From: Verrucomicrobiota bacterium
GTDB taxonomy: Bacteria; Verrucomicrobiota; Verrucomicrobiia; Opitutales; Seribacteraceae
DNA length: 64,000 nt
NCBI GenBank assembly: GCA_027622665.1
Contig: JAQBYT010000002.1
Location: 288,001-352,000, forward strand
Direction: 5' to 3'
Shown piece after piece: positions 63,215 to 64,000 of the stretch (the stretch's first letter is position 1; the number at the start of each line of letters is the position of its first letter). A program made the position numbers and the translations under genes. Under the pieces are notes generated by a model that worked only from the letters and a program-made list of their open reading frames with translations, did not search any database and was not told where the DNA came from.

Positions 63215-63297
63215 TCGGTTTAATGCTCATATTGGGCTTTTGAAGTTAGAATAAATAGGTATGGATAAATTATTAATCTCTGTTAATAGAGTCTGGA

Positions 63298-64000
63298 ATG
63301 GTGGGTGAAAGTATAAAGTTTATAGATCTTTTTGCGGGAATTGGTGGGTTTCATCTAGCATTGCATAACTTAGGAGCCGAGTGCGTTTTCGCTTCCGAGT
63401 GGGACAAGCATGCTCGCGTGACCTACGAACATAATTTTAAGCAAAAATCTCCTGAACTATTCAAAAAGGGAAATTTTGTTGGAGACATCACGGAAATCGA
63501 AAAAAAGAACATTCCGGACTTTGATGTTCTTACTGCGGGCTTCCCATGCCAGCCTTTTAGCCAAGCAGGGTTCAAGAAGGGTTTTGTAGATACAAGGGGT
63601 ACGCTTTTCTTCGACATTGCAGAGATTATTAAAATAAAAAAGCCCAAGGCCTTTTTTTTGGAGAATGTCAGGCATATATATAAGCATGATGAAGGAAGGA
63701 CTTTTTCCACGATCAAAAAGACCTTGACCCGGGATCTCGGGTATTCCTTCCAGGAATTCATAGTTAAAGCTTCCGACCATGGGCTTCCCCAGCACAGGCC
63801 AAGGCTTTTCATGATTGGCTTTCGAGATAAAACTCTCTCCATCGATACACCAGAGAAGCAAGATCTGCTTTTTAAGATGTCGGACGTCATGAAGGGTGAA
63901 GTGGATCGAGACGTAGGATACACTTTACGAGTCGGTGGACGAGCTTCGGGTATCAATGATCGCAGGAATTGGGATTGTTACAGAGTGGATGGCAAGGTTA
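63298..64000 (+). CDS. C5 DNA cytosine methyltransferase, runs off the window end (not in ORF track)
   Basis: MVGESIKFIDLFAGIGG (motif I), GDI, AGFPCQPFS (IV), RGTLF, LENV (VI), PQHRPR (VIII). Confidence 0.93.
   Translation, partial: MVGESIKFIDLFAGIGGFHLALHNLGAECVFASEWDKHARVTYEHNFKQKSPELFKKGNFVGDITEIEKKNIPDFDVLTAGFPCQPFSQAGFKKGFVDTRGTLFFDIAEIIKIKKPKAFFLENVRHIYKHDEGRTFSTIKKTLTRDLGYSFQEFIVKASDHGLPQHRPRLFMIGFRDKTLSIDTPEKQDLLFKMSDVMKGEVDRDVGYTLRVGGRASGINDRRNWDCYRVDGKV

Noticed and set aside
63423..63956. Minus-strand ORFs listed near the window end
   Set aside because: Antisense to the C5 methyltransferase running off the + strand

Overview
Bacterial genomic window, most likely PVC superphylum and probably Verrucomicrobiota. 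This is inferred from many secreted sulfatases, two PVC-type CxxCH heme-binding proteins, DUF1501, DUF1080, ThuA proteins and a Trp-rich Opitutae-like C-terminal domain. 1-39.5 kb is mainly secreted glycan and sulfate-ester degradation genes (5 sulfatases, GH33-like sialidase, GH29-like hydrolase, SGNH/SASA esterases, beta-helix protein) plus SMUG1 and PolX-PHP, with many short deletion remnants of lost genes in between. 39.6-41.7 kb is queC-queD-queE, followed by a YHYH surface protein and two DoxX genes. From about 45.3 kb to the end is a defence/mobile hotspot: Fic-MerR, GIY-YIG, a DUF932/excisionase remnant, a type I R-M operon with four passenger genes between hsdS and hsdR, a nucleotidyltransferase TA-like pair, and the 5' part of a C5 DNA methyltransferase missing from the ORF track. 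The most unusual signal is that three defence/TA segments are each bracketed by diverged direct repeats that are fragments of a neighbouring protein-coding gene, with no integrase in the window. Upstream of hsdM there is also a perfect 15-bp palindrome and a dense hairpin cluster. No rRNA, tRNA or CRISPR array was seen. All family calls come from recognising motifs by eye, not from database searches.
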